Shown in pieces: positions 1 to 9,522 of a stretch of 64,000 bases of DNA. The notes beneath the pieces are model-generated. The model saw only the letters and a list, made by a program, of their open reading frames with translations, was not told the origin of the DNA and did not search any database. Positions within the stretch are counted from its first letter, which is position 1, and the number at the start of each line of letters is the position of its first letter. The stretch is from Bacteriovoracia bacterium (GTDB lineage: Bacteria > Bdellovibrionota > UBA1018 > JBFWNL01): NCBI GenBank assembly GCA_050251055.1, contig JBFWNL010000007.1, positions 64,001-128,000 of the forward strand, read 5' to 3'. Both the position numbers and the translations under genes were made by a program.

Positions 1-459
1 TTGCAAGGTCTTGTTCGTCGCGGAAACAAGCTGGATCGGCAGCGAGTTGGGAGGTAGTGGGTCGGAAGTGTACCAGCCCAGGCGTACCTCGTATCCCGCT
101 TTTTCGATGAAGCGCGAGAGGTAGTCCAGGTTTTCGATGTAATAGGCGTTCTGCGTGTGGTTTTCCGGTATGATGAGAACCTTCTTCACCGAGCTCAGGT
201 TCAAGCGCTTCATCCAGAGTTCCACGTTGCGCTGAAAGGTTCCACTCGCGGCCTTCAGGTCCTCCGAGCAGATGTTGTTGAAACCGGCGGGGTAAAGATT
301 GCAATCCACCGGCGCGATTTTGTAGCCGGAGTCCCGTAAGTCGGTGGAGCAGTAAAACGGCGGCGGGGCTATGCGCGCCTTCTCTTGGTACCACTGCTTG
401 ATCTTGGCGTGGTGCTGGTGAAATTTTTCCGCCAATACTTCCCGGGCCGGTTTTGCCAT
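1..459 (-). CDS. gshA: Glutamate-cysteine ligase GshA (5' part; runs off the window start)
   Basis: Absent from the ORF track. Manual translation from ATG 459 gives MAKPAREVLAEKF...PPFYCSTDLRDSGYKIAPVDCNLYPAGFNNI...VLIIPENHTQNAYYIENL, the signature of the Acidithiobacillus/betaproteobacterial GshA family. Confidence 0.85.
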   Translation of the reverse strand, partial: MAKPAREVLAEKFHQHHAKIKQWYQEKARIAPPPFYCSTDLRDSGYKIAPVDCNLYPAGFNNICSEDLKAASGTFQRNVELWMKRLNLSSVKKVLIIPENHTQNAYYIENLDYLSRFIEKAGYEVRLGWYTSDPLPPNSLPIQLVSATNKTLQ

Positions 460-468
460 GGCGATCCC

Positions 469-1545
469 TTATTGGAGTTCTTTAAGTGACTTCTCGAGCG
501 ACTGGACGGCCTCCAGTATAGCGGCGGGGCCGGTTTTTTTCCAGGTTTCCAGTAGGTCGAAAACCTTGCCGCGAAACTCGTTGAAATCGGCCACGAGAAC
601 CTGGCGGAGCTCGTCACGATATCGCTGTAACTCGATCGCGCTACGCTTTCCGGGGGGCTTCGGCGGGGTCTGCACGAGTCGCGCATAGGCGGCGTAGTCT
701 TGGGCGAGCGTTTTCTGCGAGTCCTCCACCCATTGCGCGCGTTCTGTAGCGACCGGCGATTCCGCCGCTTTTAAGAGAAAAACGGTGCCTTCCAGTAGGC
801 AGGTCGCGCGACGCTTCAGCGCGGCTCTGAGGTCTCCTTCTTCTACGCCGTTCTTTTGCACGGCAGGGGAAGGAAGTAACCGACAGGTGCGCAACTTAAA
901 TTCTTGCTCCAGGCGTACGGCCTCTGCCGTCACGGCGTATTTTTCCGAGCTGGAGTGGGCGAGCTGAGCTTCACTATCCTTATCGAGCGCGAGCAGGGCC
1001 CAGGCCTTCAGCAACAACGCGTTCGCTGGCAGGGAGTGGTCGTTCTGATGCTTGCCCAGCCCGTTGAGCACGTCGAGGGCCGTGAGCAAAGCTTCCTTGG
1101 GCTTGCCGGTTTTTAGCTGGGCGCGGCCCAGCCGGAGGCGGGCGGCATGCCCGGGGTTCGATTTACCCGTCGCGCCGATAAAATATTTCAGGGGTTTCTT
1201 CGCTTCCTCGTACTTGCGCTGCTGCATCAGCACGTCGGCAAGCGTCCAGTGGGCTTCCAGGAAGTGGGGGCTGGCCGGAAATTTCGCGATCAGGCGCTGC
1301 AAGCGAAAGGCGGATTCGCCAAGCTTCCCGCCGCGGATGAGGGTCTGCGCCTCATCCCAGAGTAGCGTCGCCTCGTCGAGAGCGGGTTTTGGCTCCACGA
1401 TGATCGCGCCTTTGTGAGGCGCGGTTACGTCGCGGTTCGTATCTTCCTTCGTGCCGGGGACCGGATTGCGCGGGTCTTCAGCGAACGCCGGCCGTGCCAG
1501 CAGCAGCGCCATCAGAAGGGTCGGGGCCAAATGCCAGTGCAACAT
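469..1545 (-). CDS. Exported TPR protein (BamD/YfiO-like N-terminal TPRs)
   Basis: Signal peptide ending PAFA; TPR-like helices LQRLIAKFPAS...EAHWTLA, ARLRLGRA. Start could be TTG 1545 or ATG 1512. Confidence 0.7.
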   Translation of the reverse strand: MLHWHLAPTLLMALLLARPAFAEDPRNPVPGTKEDTNRDVTAPHKGAIIVEPKPALDEATLLWDEAQTLIRGGKLGESAFRLQRLIAKFPASPHFLEAHWTLADVLMQQRKYEEAKKPLKYFIGATGKSNPGHAARLRLGRAQLKTGKPKEALLTALDVLNGLGKHQNDHSLPANALLLKAWALLALDKDSEAQLAHSSSEKYAVTAEAVRLEQEFKLRTCRLLPSPAVQKNGVEEGDLRAALKRRATCLLEGTVFLLKAAESPVATERAQWVEDSQKTLAQDYAAYARLVQTPPKPPGKRSAIELQRYRDELRQVLVADFNEFRGKVFDLLETWKKTGPAAILEAVQSLEKSLKELQ

Positions 1546-2641
1546 GGAATAAGTCCTCTATGGAATGCACGTCTCTTACGAGCTCGGGCAGCTTATGGAT
1601 TTTTGGCACCGCGTGGGCGCCCTTCAGTTTCGCCAGACGGTTCTGCAGCTCGTCGGTTACCACGCGTTCGCGGTCCTGCAGGGTCCCCACGATTTGGAGG
1701 CCTTGCTGCAAGGGGTCTTCGCCGTGATGGTCTGCACTCTTACTCGGTTCCGCCACCGCGGGCGGGAAGAACCCCAGGGTACGGTTCAGGACCACGCCAT
1801 CGAAGTTGAAGCGCTTTTCGTAAAAAGCGTCGATCAGATGCGTGAACTCGGGAATCGTATCCGGAGTCGCGGTCGTCACCGAGACGAAGCCCACGTCCTC
1901 GGACTCGAGCAGGGCGGTCACGCGATAGAGCTTTTCCATGAAGCGGTCCTGCACTTCAAACAGGGCATTGGCGAATTCGATCAGGTAGCCAATGAAGCCC
2001 GATCCCGTGAAGCTTTCGAGCACGCCGAGCGCTTTCTTCATCGCTACCGACACCAGGCGGTTCGCCGGTACGATGAGCCAACGGATGAATTTTTCCTCGA
2101 AAAGGCGCGTGAGCGTCTGCGAGGCATTCAGAAAGGTGAGGGTGCTTCGATTCGGTGGCGTATCCAGGATGATGCAGTCGTATTCGGAGTCGTGCGCCAT
2201 GGCGTCGAGTTTTTGTAGCGCCATGTATTCGTTCGCCCCGGAAAACTCACTGGCGACCGTTTTGAAAAGCGGGTTGTTGAGCACCATCTCCGCGGTCTTG
2301 GGCGTGGGCGAGAGCGAATGCATGAAGGTTTCAAAGGTTTTACGCGTATCGGGGATCACGGCGAAAAATTTCCCTTCGCCCTCGGCTCCCGCGGGCGGGT
2401 TCCAGCCGAGTTTCGCGCGCGCGGCGGCGAACTGCGCGGTAAGGTCCGTGGGGTGGTCGCTCAAGGCGTCGAGTCCGAGCGAGGTGGCGAGGCGCTTGGC
2501 GGGGTCGATCGTAATCACAAGCGCTCGCTTGCCCAGCATCGCGGCGCGAAGCGCGATCGCCGCGCTGACCGTGGTCTTGCCGACGCCTCCGGTGCCGCAG
2601 GTGATGATGATTCTCCGCCGGGCAATGATATCATCGATCAT
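1478..2641 (-). CDS. ArsA/Get3-family ATPase (Walker A lacks the signature Lys)
   Basis: GTGGVGKTT, TIDPAKRL, DTPP motifs; ATG 2641 overlaps the upstream stop (ATGA). Confidence 0.85.
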   Translation of the reverse strand: MIDDIIARRRIIITCGTGGVGKTTVSAAIALRAAMLGKRALVITIDPAKRLATSLGLDALSDHPTDLTAQFAAARAKLGWNPPAGAEGEGKFFAVIPDTRKTFETFMHSLSPTPKTAEMVLNNPLFKTVASEFSGANEYMALQKLDAMAHDSEYDCIILDTPPNRSTLTFLNASQTLTRLFEEKFIRWLIVPANRLVSVAMKKALGVLESFTGSGFIGYLIEFANALFEVQDRFMEKLYRVTALLESEDVGFVSVTTATPDTIPEFTHLIDAFYEKRFNFDGVVLNRTLGFFPPAVAEPSKSADHHGEDPLQQGLQIVGTLQDRERVVTDELQNRLAKLKGAHAVPKIHKLPELVRDVHSIEDLFHVALAFGPDPSDGAAAGTAGVR

Positions 2642-3516
2642 GCGGAACCCCCCGTGGGTTTCAGTAGCCCGCCGCACACGTCGCGCACGATGCCCCCGTG
2701 GTCGCGCTTAAGCGAGAACGACAGCGACTGATATGGGATCTTGCGCTCCTGCCAGAGCAGCAGGTTGAACTTCTCCAGCTGCGCGCGTTTTTCCACGTAA
2801 TCCCGCGCGGACGCGGCCACCGGGCTTTTCCAGTCGTCCGGATCCTTCACGGCATCGGCAGGGGCCGGCACGTCGGGGAAGCGGCGATTGACTATGTAAT
2901 GGGGCACGCTATCCGGAAACAGCCTTTGCCAGATCTCGGCAAGTTCGAGGCTTTCGCGCAGGGGCATTTCTTCGGCGAGCGCCACGATGAGCGTACCGCT
3001 TTCCTTCGGGTCGCCGAAGGTGCGAAGCATCGCTTCGGCATCTTCGCGGGCCGCCCCGCCGCGGAAGAGTTTGGAGAAATTGTCGGTGCTCTGGAACATT
3101 GCCAGCCCGTGGCCGGTGGAGGGCATGTCGACGACGACGTGGTCGTAGTTCTTGCGCTCCCACCACACCTTGCCCAGCAGCACGAGCTCGTGCACGCCTG
3201 GAGCCGCCTGGGTGATGTACTGGATCAAGGAATTGTTCACGAAGAGCTTGGCGAGCGTCTTCACCTTGATCTTCTGGGTCATGTACTCTTCGAAGGCGGT
3301 GGCGGTGGTGACGTTCACGTGCCAAAGGTTCGGTCCGTGTTGGGTGCGCTCGCCCGGGGTGCGAAACGGATCATCGAAGGTGATCCAGAGCGTGCGCTTG
3401 CCTTGTTCGGAGAGGCCGAGCGCGACCGCCTGCGAAACCGTGGTCTTACCGACGCCGCCCTTGCCGCTGACGAAAAGGATTTTCCGCCGCCAAAAATTGG
3501 AAACAAAATCACTCAT
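2638..3516 (-). CDS. ArsA/Get3-family ATPase
   Basis: SGKGGVGKTT, APGVHEL, VVDMPSTGH motifs; ATG 3516 overlaps the upstream stop (ATGA). Confidence 0.85.
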   Translation of the reverse strand: MSDFVSNFWRRKILFVSGKGGVGKTTVSQAVALGLSEQGKRTLWITFDDPFRTPGERTQHGPNLWHVNVTTATAFEEYMTQKIKVKTLAKLFVNNSLIQYITQAAPGVHELVLLGKVWWERKNYDHVVVDMPSTGHGLAMFQSTDNFSKLFRGGAAREDAEAMLRTFGDPKESGTLIVALAEEMPLRESLELAEIWQRLFPDSVPHYIVNRRFPDVPAPADAVKDPDDWKSPVAASARDYVEKRAQLEKFNLLLWQERKIPYQSLSFSLKRDHGGIVRDVCGGLLKPTGGSA

Positions 3517-4430
3517 TTCGAGTGGATCCACTCCACGGGGATGCCAGCGCCTTCCAGTCGCGCACGCTCCGCGTTAGTCAAGCCGCCGTCCAAGTTGAGT
3601 ACGAAGCGGCGCGTGCCATCCGATGCGTCCTGGCTAAATCCACTCAGCGCTTTGGCCGAAGGGACGCGTTCCTTGGAGATCCAAGCCAAGCGGGGGATTT
3701 GAGCGGGGGGAAACTGCGGCCAGAGCGAAGGCGAAACGTCGAAATCTGTTTCCATCGCGACTTCTTCGAGATTTTTGATGTTCGCCAGGTATTCGAGGTT
3801 TTGCGCCGACGGCGTCGCGCCCCGGACGCGGATGCGTTTGGGGTGGGGCGTGAGATTCATCACGTCCATGTGGGAATACCAGGGCCAGTAGTCGGTCACG
3901 AAAAGCAGGCGCGTTTTCGCCGGCAGGGCGTTGAGCATATCCCGGTGCTCGTAGGCGGGGAACTTCGCGGTGTTGAAGCTGACGGAAAACTCGGACTTCA
4001 AATCGCGCAGGGACGCGACCTCTTCGGTCCGCGGGAATTCGGTAAACGAGAATACGATCCGTGGAAATGAGATTTCATTGAGCGCCTTTACTTGTTTGGC
4101 GTTCGGGGCTAGGGCGCCCAGGTAGACGAATTCGGCGCCGGCTTCCGCGAGTTCGCGCCACGCGCGGCCGGTTTCCCCCGAAGCAGGATAGAAAGCCGAC
4201 TCCATTCGCAGTCGTCCCGCTGCCGCGAGTTTCTTCAAGCTTAAGACTTGGCCAGCCGTTGGGTTTTCCACCTCGATCAGAAAGGACGGGCTTCCGCCCT
4301 GGGCCACCCACTCGTCGATTTGTCGCGGCGTGGGCACACCTTTGTAATAGAAAGTTTCGCTCAGCGGGTTTGGGGATAGGTTTACGGCGAGGAAAAGCCC
4401 GTAAAACACGGGCATAAGGGATGGCGTCAT
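3513..4430 (-). CDS. Hypothetical exported protein
   Basis: 305-aa ORF with hydrophobic N-terminus; first gene of the overlapping minus-strand run. Confidence 0.6.
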   Translation of the reverse strand: MTPSLMPVFYGLFLAVNLSPNPLSETFYYKGVPTPRQIDEWVAQGGSPSFLIEVENPTAGQVLSLKKLAAAGRLRMESAFYPASGETGRAWRELAEAGAEFVYLGALAPNAKQVKALNEISFPRIVFSFTEFPRTEEVASLRDLKSEFSVSFNTAKFPAYEHRDMLNALPAKTRLLFVTDYWPWYSHMDVMNLTPHPKRIRVRGATPSAQNLEYLANIKNLEEVAMETDFDVSPSLWPQFPPAQIPRLAWISKERVPSAKALSGFSQDASDGTRRFVLNLDGGLTNAERARLEGAGIPVEWIHSK

Positions 4431-4531
4431 GTTCTGGTCAGGGAACCATAACCCCCCTTTCGTTTCAATTATAAACTATGGTAAATACAGAAGTCTGAAG
4501 ACGTCTGAATCAGATTCGAAAGGATAACGCA

Positions 4532-5143
4532 ATGCGCTCAAAATCTGCAAAACTCTCGCTCGTCCTAGCGGTCACCACGCTGCTCTCGTTCGCGACGGCC
4601 TGTGGCCCGAAGGCTTTCACCAAGGGAGAGTACGATGATCCGACGCGCGTCGAGCTGCTTGATGACCGCTTTAACGAAGCCGACATGCAGCAAATGGCCG
4701 ACACGATCGTGAAAGCGATGGTCGCATGCGGTTATATCGCCAACGCGAAGACCCCGCCGATCGTGATCGTGGAGCGCGTGCAGAACCGCACCGAGGAGCA
4801 CATCGATACTGTTTCCATGACGGACAAAATCCGCACGGCGTTGATCAAAACGAACAAAGTTCGTTTCGTGAACAAGCAGCAACGCGAGACCCTGGAAGAC
4901 GAATACAAGTACAACGAAGGCGGCAACGTCTCGGAAGTTTCCCAGAAGAAGCGCGGCAGGCAGATCGGCGCCGATTATATCTTCGAGGGCGCGCTGGCGA
5001 CGAACATCCAGGAAGTGGGCGGCGATAAGCTGATCTACTACAAGCTGACGATGAATCTCACGAACCTGGAGACTTCCACGATTGACTGCACGGAAGAACG
5101 CGAGATCCGTAAGAAGTTCAAGAAGCAACATGTAGGGTTGTGA
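4532..5143 (+). CDS. lpoB: Penicillin-binding protein activator LpoB-family lipoprotein
   Basis: Lipobox ATAC; VQNRTEEHID, GRQIGADY, YYKLTMNLTNLET motifs; SD AAGGA upstream. Confidence 0.8.
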   Translation: MRSKSAKLSLVLAVTTLLSFATACGPKAFTKGEYDDPTRVELLDDRFNEADMQQMADTIVKAMVACGYIANAKTPPIVIVERVQNRTEEHIDTVSMTDKIRTALIKTNKVRFVNKQQRETLEDEYKYNEGGNVSEVSQKKRGRQIGADYIFEGALATNIQEVGGDKLIYYKLTMNLTNLETSTIDCTEEREIRKKFKKQHVGL

Positions 5144-6402
5144 TCGCGCGAGGATTCCCGCTATTTTTCTTTGCGGCGCTGGCGGCTTCCATGCTCGCTG
5201 GTTGCGCCTCTTCGCGCATGTCGGATCGCACGACCGACCGGCTCTTTCGCGAGGGCAAGTACGACCAAGCCGTCGAGCGCCTGAAGGACGGGCTGGAGAA
5301 GGAAGGCGACGGTAACGACCAGTTGTTGTGGCTGATGGATTTGGGGTTGGCGCTCCACGCGGCGGGCCGTTACGACGAGAGCACGAAGTATTTCCTGCAG
5401 GCCGACAAGATCGCCGAGATCAAGGACTATACTTCGCTGGCGGCCGAGGCCACGACGCTGCTGACGAGCGAGAACATCAAGCACTATCAGGGCGAGGACT
5501 TCGAAAAGGTCATGATCAACGTGTACCTCGCCATGAACTACGCGATCCAAGGCAACACGGAAGAGGCGCTCGTCGAGGCGAGGCGAGTAAACCGCAAGCT
5601 CTACCTCATGATCACGGACGGGCAGCGCAAGTACAAGCTCAACGAGTTCGCGCGCTATCTGTCGGCGATCCTGTACGAATCGAATGGCGATTATAACGAC
5701 GCCTATATCGATTACAAAGAGACGCTGAAGTTGCGCCCGACCTTCAAGACGGTAGGACGCGATCTGTGGCGGACGGCGTGGCTGCAGCGAATGAATGACG
5801 AGGCGGATGGTTGGCGCCGTCAGTTTGGGCTCTCGTCCACCGACATCGAGCTCGCCAAGGAGACCGGTCCGCGCTCAGCCAAAGGCGAGGTGGTGATCCT
5901 GTACGAGAATGGCATCTCGCCCATCAAACAGCCCAATCCCCAGTTCACGAGCCTGCCGAAGTTTTTCGCGCGTCGAAACCCGTCGCACGGGGCAAGTATC
6001 CTGGTGAATGATCAGATGATTCCCCAGGGCACGGAGATTTTGCATGACATCGAGGCGACGGCTATCCAGAACTTAGACGAAAAGTACGGCGCGCTCGTCG
6101 CTAAGAAGATCGCGGGCGTGGTGGCGAAGGAAGTCGTCGCGAATCAGGTGGAGAAGCGCACGGACAGTCCCATTCTGGGCGCTCTCACGCGGCTCTTTTT
6201 TTACGCCAGTGACACCGCCGACGTTCGTTCGTGGAGCCTGCTGCCGAAGGACCTGCAAGTCGCGCGCGTGACCCTGCCCCCCGGCGAGTACCGCATTCAG
6301 GTGCAGCCGCAGGGGGTGGGGGAGCGCCTCCCGGAAAAAACCGTGAAGGTCGTGGCTGGGCGTAAGACCTTCGTCGCTTTCCGTTACACGCCTAGCTTCT
6401 AG
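5140..6402 (+). CDS. COG3014-like TPR lipoprotein
   Basis: Lipobox LAGC; YQGEDFEKVMIN, ALVEARR, ADVRSWSLLP motifs; GTGA overlap with lpoB. Confidence 0.8.
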   Translation: MIARGFPLFFFAALAASMLAGCASSRMSDRTTDRLFREGKYDQAVERLKDGLEKEGDGNDQLLWLMDLGLALHAAGRYDESTKYFLQADKIAEIKDYTSLAAEATTLLTSENIKHYQGEDFEKVMINVYLAMNYAIQGNTEEALVEARRVNRKLYLMITDGQRKYKLNEFARYLSAILYESNGDYNDAYIDYKETLKLRPTFKTVGRDLWRTAWLQRMNDEADGWRRQFGLSSTDIELAKETGPRSAKGEVVILYENGISPIKQPNPQFTSLPKFFARRNPSHGASILVNDQMIPQGTEILHDIEATAIQNLDEKYGALVAKKIAGVVAKEVVANQVEKRTDSPILGALTRLFFYASDTADVRSWSLLPKDLQVARVTLPPGEYRIQVQPQGVGERLPEKTVKVVAGRKTFVAFRYTPSF

Positions 6403-7523
6403 GGCGCACCCAGCGCTTGTCTCAACTGCCTGGGTACGCAGGGAAGCCCGCGAAGATCGCGACGGTGGGCCACATGACCGACCATGAATTCCATCATGCG
6501 GCGGGCTTGGTCGGGATCGACCTTGGCGTGGGATTCTTCCGGATGGAATTGCAGGAGGAAAAACATTCCGTCGCGACTCTCCATCGCTTCGATGATCTTG
6601 CCATGCCGTCCCGTCTCGATCAGGTCGCTTCCAGGCCGGGATTCGACGGCTTCGTGATGGCGGCTGACCCAAACTAGGGGCTGGCCTCCGGTGTTTCCGC
6701 TCGCTTGACTCAAAAGCGACGGTTTTCCGTCGGGGCGGCCAATCAGGTCGACGGGGTGGGGATTCTGATGCAAGTTCTTGGGCAGCCCGGTTTCGATTGG
6801 GATGTCTTGGGTGAGCGTATGGCCATGCAGCACTCCGCAAAGCTGCATCCCACGGCAAACGCCGAGCACGGTGCCTTCGCCTCGGTCGCGATAAGCGCGC
6901 AGTACGCGAAGTTCCAAATCGTCACGGAGGATGTTGAGCTCTTTGCGGTTAGCGTACATTTTCGGCTCTCCATATAGGGGCGGCGCGATGTCGTCGCCAC
7001 CCATGGCGAAGAGTGCGTCCACTTGCTCGGACAGCTGGCGATCGAAGTCGTCGCGATACTTCGCGTACGCGAGATCCGAAAAGAGGAGGTCGGTGCCGAG
7101 CGGTAGTGTGAGCACCTCCGCGCCCGCGGCCTCGAGTTGCTTGGCGAGGTTATTTACGCGCGTGCTATTCGGCAGGGTGTCGTCGAACTCGTTCGCCAGC
7201 AGTACGATCCGGCTCCGACCGCGCGGTTTGCGTTCGGGGGGAGGGAGTCGGGTGAGTTCCCCGGGCGGCATTTTCTCGGTCCACTGCTTGGGGTCGTCGA
7301 GCGCGCGAAGCAGGAGCGGCTTCAATTCAATACGGTCTTCGATGGCGGCGACGTAGCGGCGAGCCGCTTCCGCGGGCGACTCTCCGGCGGTCACGGGTAA
7401 GAGTAGCGGAGGACTCTCGGCGGTGGGGCGCCAGCGATAGAACGTGATCGGGTCCTCGGCCCGGGCTTGGGGAATCTGCGCCGGAGCCAGCAGGGCGACA
7501 AATATCAAGAAGATCGAGATCAT
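6399..7523 (-). CDS. Exported peptidase C26 (gamma-glutamyl hydrolase, class I amidotransferase fold)
   Basis: Signal peptide ending QARA; MGGDDIAP, GVCRGMQL (catalytic Cys), SRHHEAV, QFHPE. Confidence 0.8.
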   Translation of the reverse strand: MISIFLIFVALLAPAQIPQARAEDPITFYRWRPTAESPPLLLPVTAGESPAEAARRYVAAIEDRIELKPLLLRALDDPKQWTEKMPPGELTRLPPPERKPRGRSRIVLLANEFDDTLPNSTRVNNLAKQLEAAGAEVLTLPLGTDLLFSDLAYAKYRDDFDRQLSEQVDALFAMGGDDIAPPLYGEPKMYANRKELNILRDDLELRVLRAYRDRGEGTVLGVCRGMQLCGVLHGHTLTQDIPIETGLPKNLHQNPHPVDLIGRPDGKPSLLSQASGNTGGQPLVWVSRHHEAVESRPGSDLIETGRHGKIIEAMESRDGMFFLLQFHPEESHAKVDPDQARRMMEFMVGHVAHRRDLRGLPCVPRQLRQALGAP

Positions 7524-7534
7524 ACCTCGATTGC

Positions 7535-7562
7535 TTATCGGTATGCCGGGACTGTGAGCTTA
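7535..7562 (-). promoter_or_regulatory. sigma28 (FliA)-like promoter
   Basis: TAAG-N16-ACCGATAA, 11 nt before the ATG at 7523; spacer is one nt longer than canonical. Confidence 0.5.
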
Positions 7563-8348
7563 CTTTTCCGTTAAGCCCGCTCGACGCAGCACCATCTTCT
7601 GGATGGGAATACCGTCTTTGATAAAGAGGCGCTCGAAGAGCGTCACTTCGGGCATCGTCAAAGAACCGGCGTCTGCCCGGTTGGCGTGGCGATCCCGCGT
7701 GAATTCGACGACTTCCCAGGTGTCGGCCGCGCCTTGGGCCGCCCCGATCATCGCTTCGAAATAGCCTGGGTGATCGGTCCGGAGTTCAAAGGTTCCCTTT
7801 GCGCGTACCGAAGGCGCGATCGCCCGTAGCCAATCCGCCGTTACCAGGCGTTTATGCAACTGCGCCTTTTTCTCCCAAGGATCCGGAAAGAACAAATACA
7901 GGCGATCGATCTCGCCCTCGCCGAAGATGAAGGGCAGGCGCTCCGCGTGGCTGCGCATGACCGCCACGTTTTTCAGCCCGCGGCGTTCGGCCTTCTGGTG
8001 GGCCATGAAGATCTGTTTGAATTTCCAATCCAGGCCTACATAAATATTGGCGGGATCGCGCGTCGCCCACTCGAGCAGCACGTGACCCCCGTTGCATCCC
8101 ATCTCGACGTGAACTTCGGGGCGGCGGCCCAGGGCTTCCGCGCGCGCGCAGGTCTCGGGGAAGAGCTCGCGCCACTTCCCGCGCCGGGCTTCGGCCGTGT
8201 TTTCGATGAAGACCTTATCCGATAGGCCCTTCAGCTTGTTGAAGTAAGGGTTTTTGGAAGGGTAATAGCGATACGCCGGGTCGGCCACCGATGGGTTGGC
8301 GGCGCGTAGGGGTTTGAAGGGATCGGGCGTACGCTCTTTGGATTCCAC
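7560..8348 (-). CDS. trmB: tRNA (guanine-N7)-methyltransferase
   Basis: VEMGCNGG, LFFPDPWEK, LRTDHPGYF, TLFE motifs. Confidence 0.9.
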   Translation of the reverse strand: MESKERTPDPFKPLRAANPSVADPAYRYYPSKNPYFNKLKGLSDKVFIENTAEARRGKWRELFPETCARAEALGRRPEVHVEMGCNGGHVLLEWATRDPANIYVGLDWKFKQIFMAHQKAERRGLKNVAVMRSHAERLPFIFGEGEIDRLYLFFPDPWEKKAQLHKRLVTADWLRAIAPSVRAKGTFELRTDHPGYFEAMIGAAQGAADTWEVVEFTRDRHANRADAGSLTMPEVTLFERLFIKDGIPIQKMVLRRAGLTEK

Positions 8349-8503
8349 AAAGGGCTTCTAACGAAATTGAGGGGAGGTGTCCAGTAATGGCCGCGCGAAT
8401 GCGCAAGGGTTTATCTACTGGAAGGCAGGGAACTTTTATCGTCGCCCGGGGGACTCTCTGCTGGGCGATTACGGACGAATGAAAACCGCGCAATTTATGG
8501 AGG

Positions 8504-8544
8504 GGGGCCGCCCTTCGTGTCCGTCCGTGTATCCGGGCGGCCCC
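8504..8544 (-). other. Stem-loop in the flagellin 3' region with a GGA-rich loop
   Basis: Perfect 10-bp stem GGGGCCGCCC/GGGCGGCCCC; 21-nt loop GGATACACGGACGGACACGAA; no immediate U-tract. Confidence 0.6.
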
Positions 8545-8578
8545 TCGAAATTGCGTATTTAACCTAAGTCGCTAACTA

Positions 8579-9412
8579 CTAGCCGAGCAGCTTGAGGGCT
8601 TGCATCGGGTTCGCGTTGGCTTGGCCCAACATCGCGATGTTGGACTGGGTCAAGATATTCTGCTTCGTCAGAATGCTCGACTCTTCGGCCATATCCGTGT
8701 CGCGGATACGCGAGTTAGCGGCAGACAGGTTTTCCACGTAGATGTTCAAGTTGTTGATCGTGGATTGCAACCGGTTCTGGAGCGCGCCCAGGCCGGAGCG
8801 GTTTTCGCTGATGCGCTTGATCGCGGTGTCGAGCATCGACAGGTTGTTCTGCGCGCCTTCCTTGCTCATGGTGTTGGCGGATTCCAAGCCCAGGGCCTGG
8901 AGCGTCGCGACCTGTTCTTGCGAGTCGAAGCGCAGGCGATCTTGCGTCGGATCGTTACCCATGCCGATCTGGACTTCCAGGGGCGGGGACGTTCCGTTCA
9001 AAAGTTTGGTGCCGTTGAATTCCGTGCTTTGGGCGATGCGGTCGATTTCGGACTTCAGGTGCTGAACTTCCTTATCGACGAAGCCGCGTTCCGTGTCACC
9101 GATGGTGTCGGAAGCCGCTTGGATCGACAGTTCGCGCAGACGGATGAGCACGTTGCCGATTTCGTTCATGGCGCCTTCGGCCACTTGCACCAAGCTGATC
9201 CCGTCGTTGGCGTTACGGTTGGCTTGTTGCAAGGAACGGGTTTGAGCCTTCAACTTCTCGCTGATGGCCAAGCCCGCGGCGTCGTCGCCGGAGCGGTTGA
9301 TACGTGACCCCGAAGCCATGTGCTCCAGGGAGGTGTCTTGCATTCTCTTATTAATTCCCAAGTACCGCTGACTGGCGAGTGCTTGAGTGTTTGTGGCTAT
9401 ACGCAATCCCAT
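8579..9412 (-). CDS. fliC: Flagellin (short, 277 aa)
   Basis: MGLRIATN, SGSRINRSGDDAAGLAISE, LGALQNRL, SRIRDTDMA; SD GAGGAGG. Confidence 0.97.
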   Translation of the reverse strand: MGLRIATNTQALASQRYLGINKRMQDTSLEHMASGSRINRSGDDAAGLAISEKLKAQTRSLQQANRNANDGISLVQVAEGAMNEIGNVLIRLRELSIQAASDTIGDTERGFVDKEVQHLKSEIDRIAQSTEFNGTKLLNGTSPPLEVQIGMGNDPTQDRLRFDSQEQVATLQALGLESANTMSKEGAQNNLSMLDTAIKRISENRSGLGALQNRLQSTINNLNIYVENLSAANSRIRDTDMAEESSILTKQNILTQSNIAMLGQANANPMQALKLLG

Positions 9413-9416
9413 ACTA

Positions 9417-9522
9417 TCCTCCTCGTGTTGTCGTCATAAGCCCTCCGTGAATGTCTGTTTTACAGTCCGAACCATTCGATCTCAGCCTGAGTCTCACGGT
9501 TGCGAACTGGGCAATCCCTGCC
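9417..9522 (-). promoter_or_regulatory. Putative CsrA-binding sites in the flagellin 5' UTR
   Basis: Hairpin GGCA-GGGAT-TGCC (9510-9522), ACGGAGG near 9442-9448, and GGA in the SD. Confidence 0.55.

Noticed and set aside
1478-3516. Arsenic-resistance interpretation of the ArsA genes
   Set aside because: No arsB, acr3, arsC, arsD or arsR nearby, and no obvious metalloid-binding Cys cluster.
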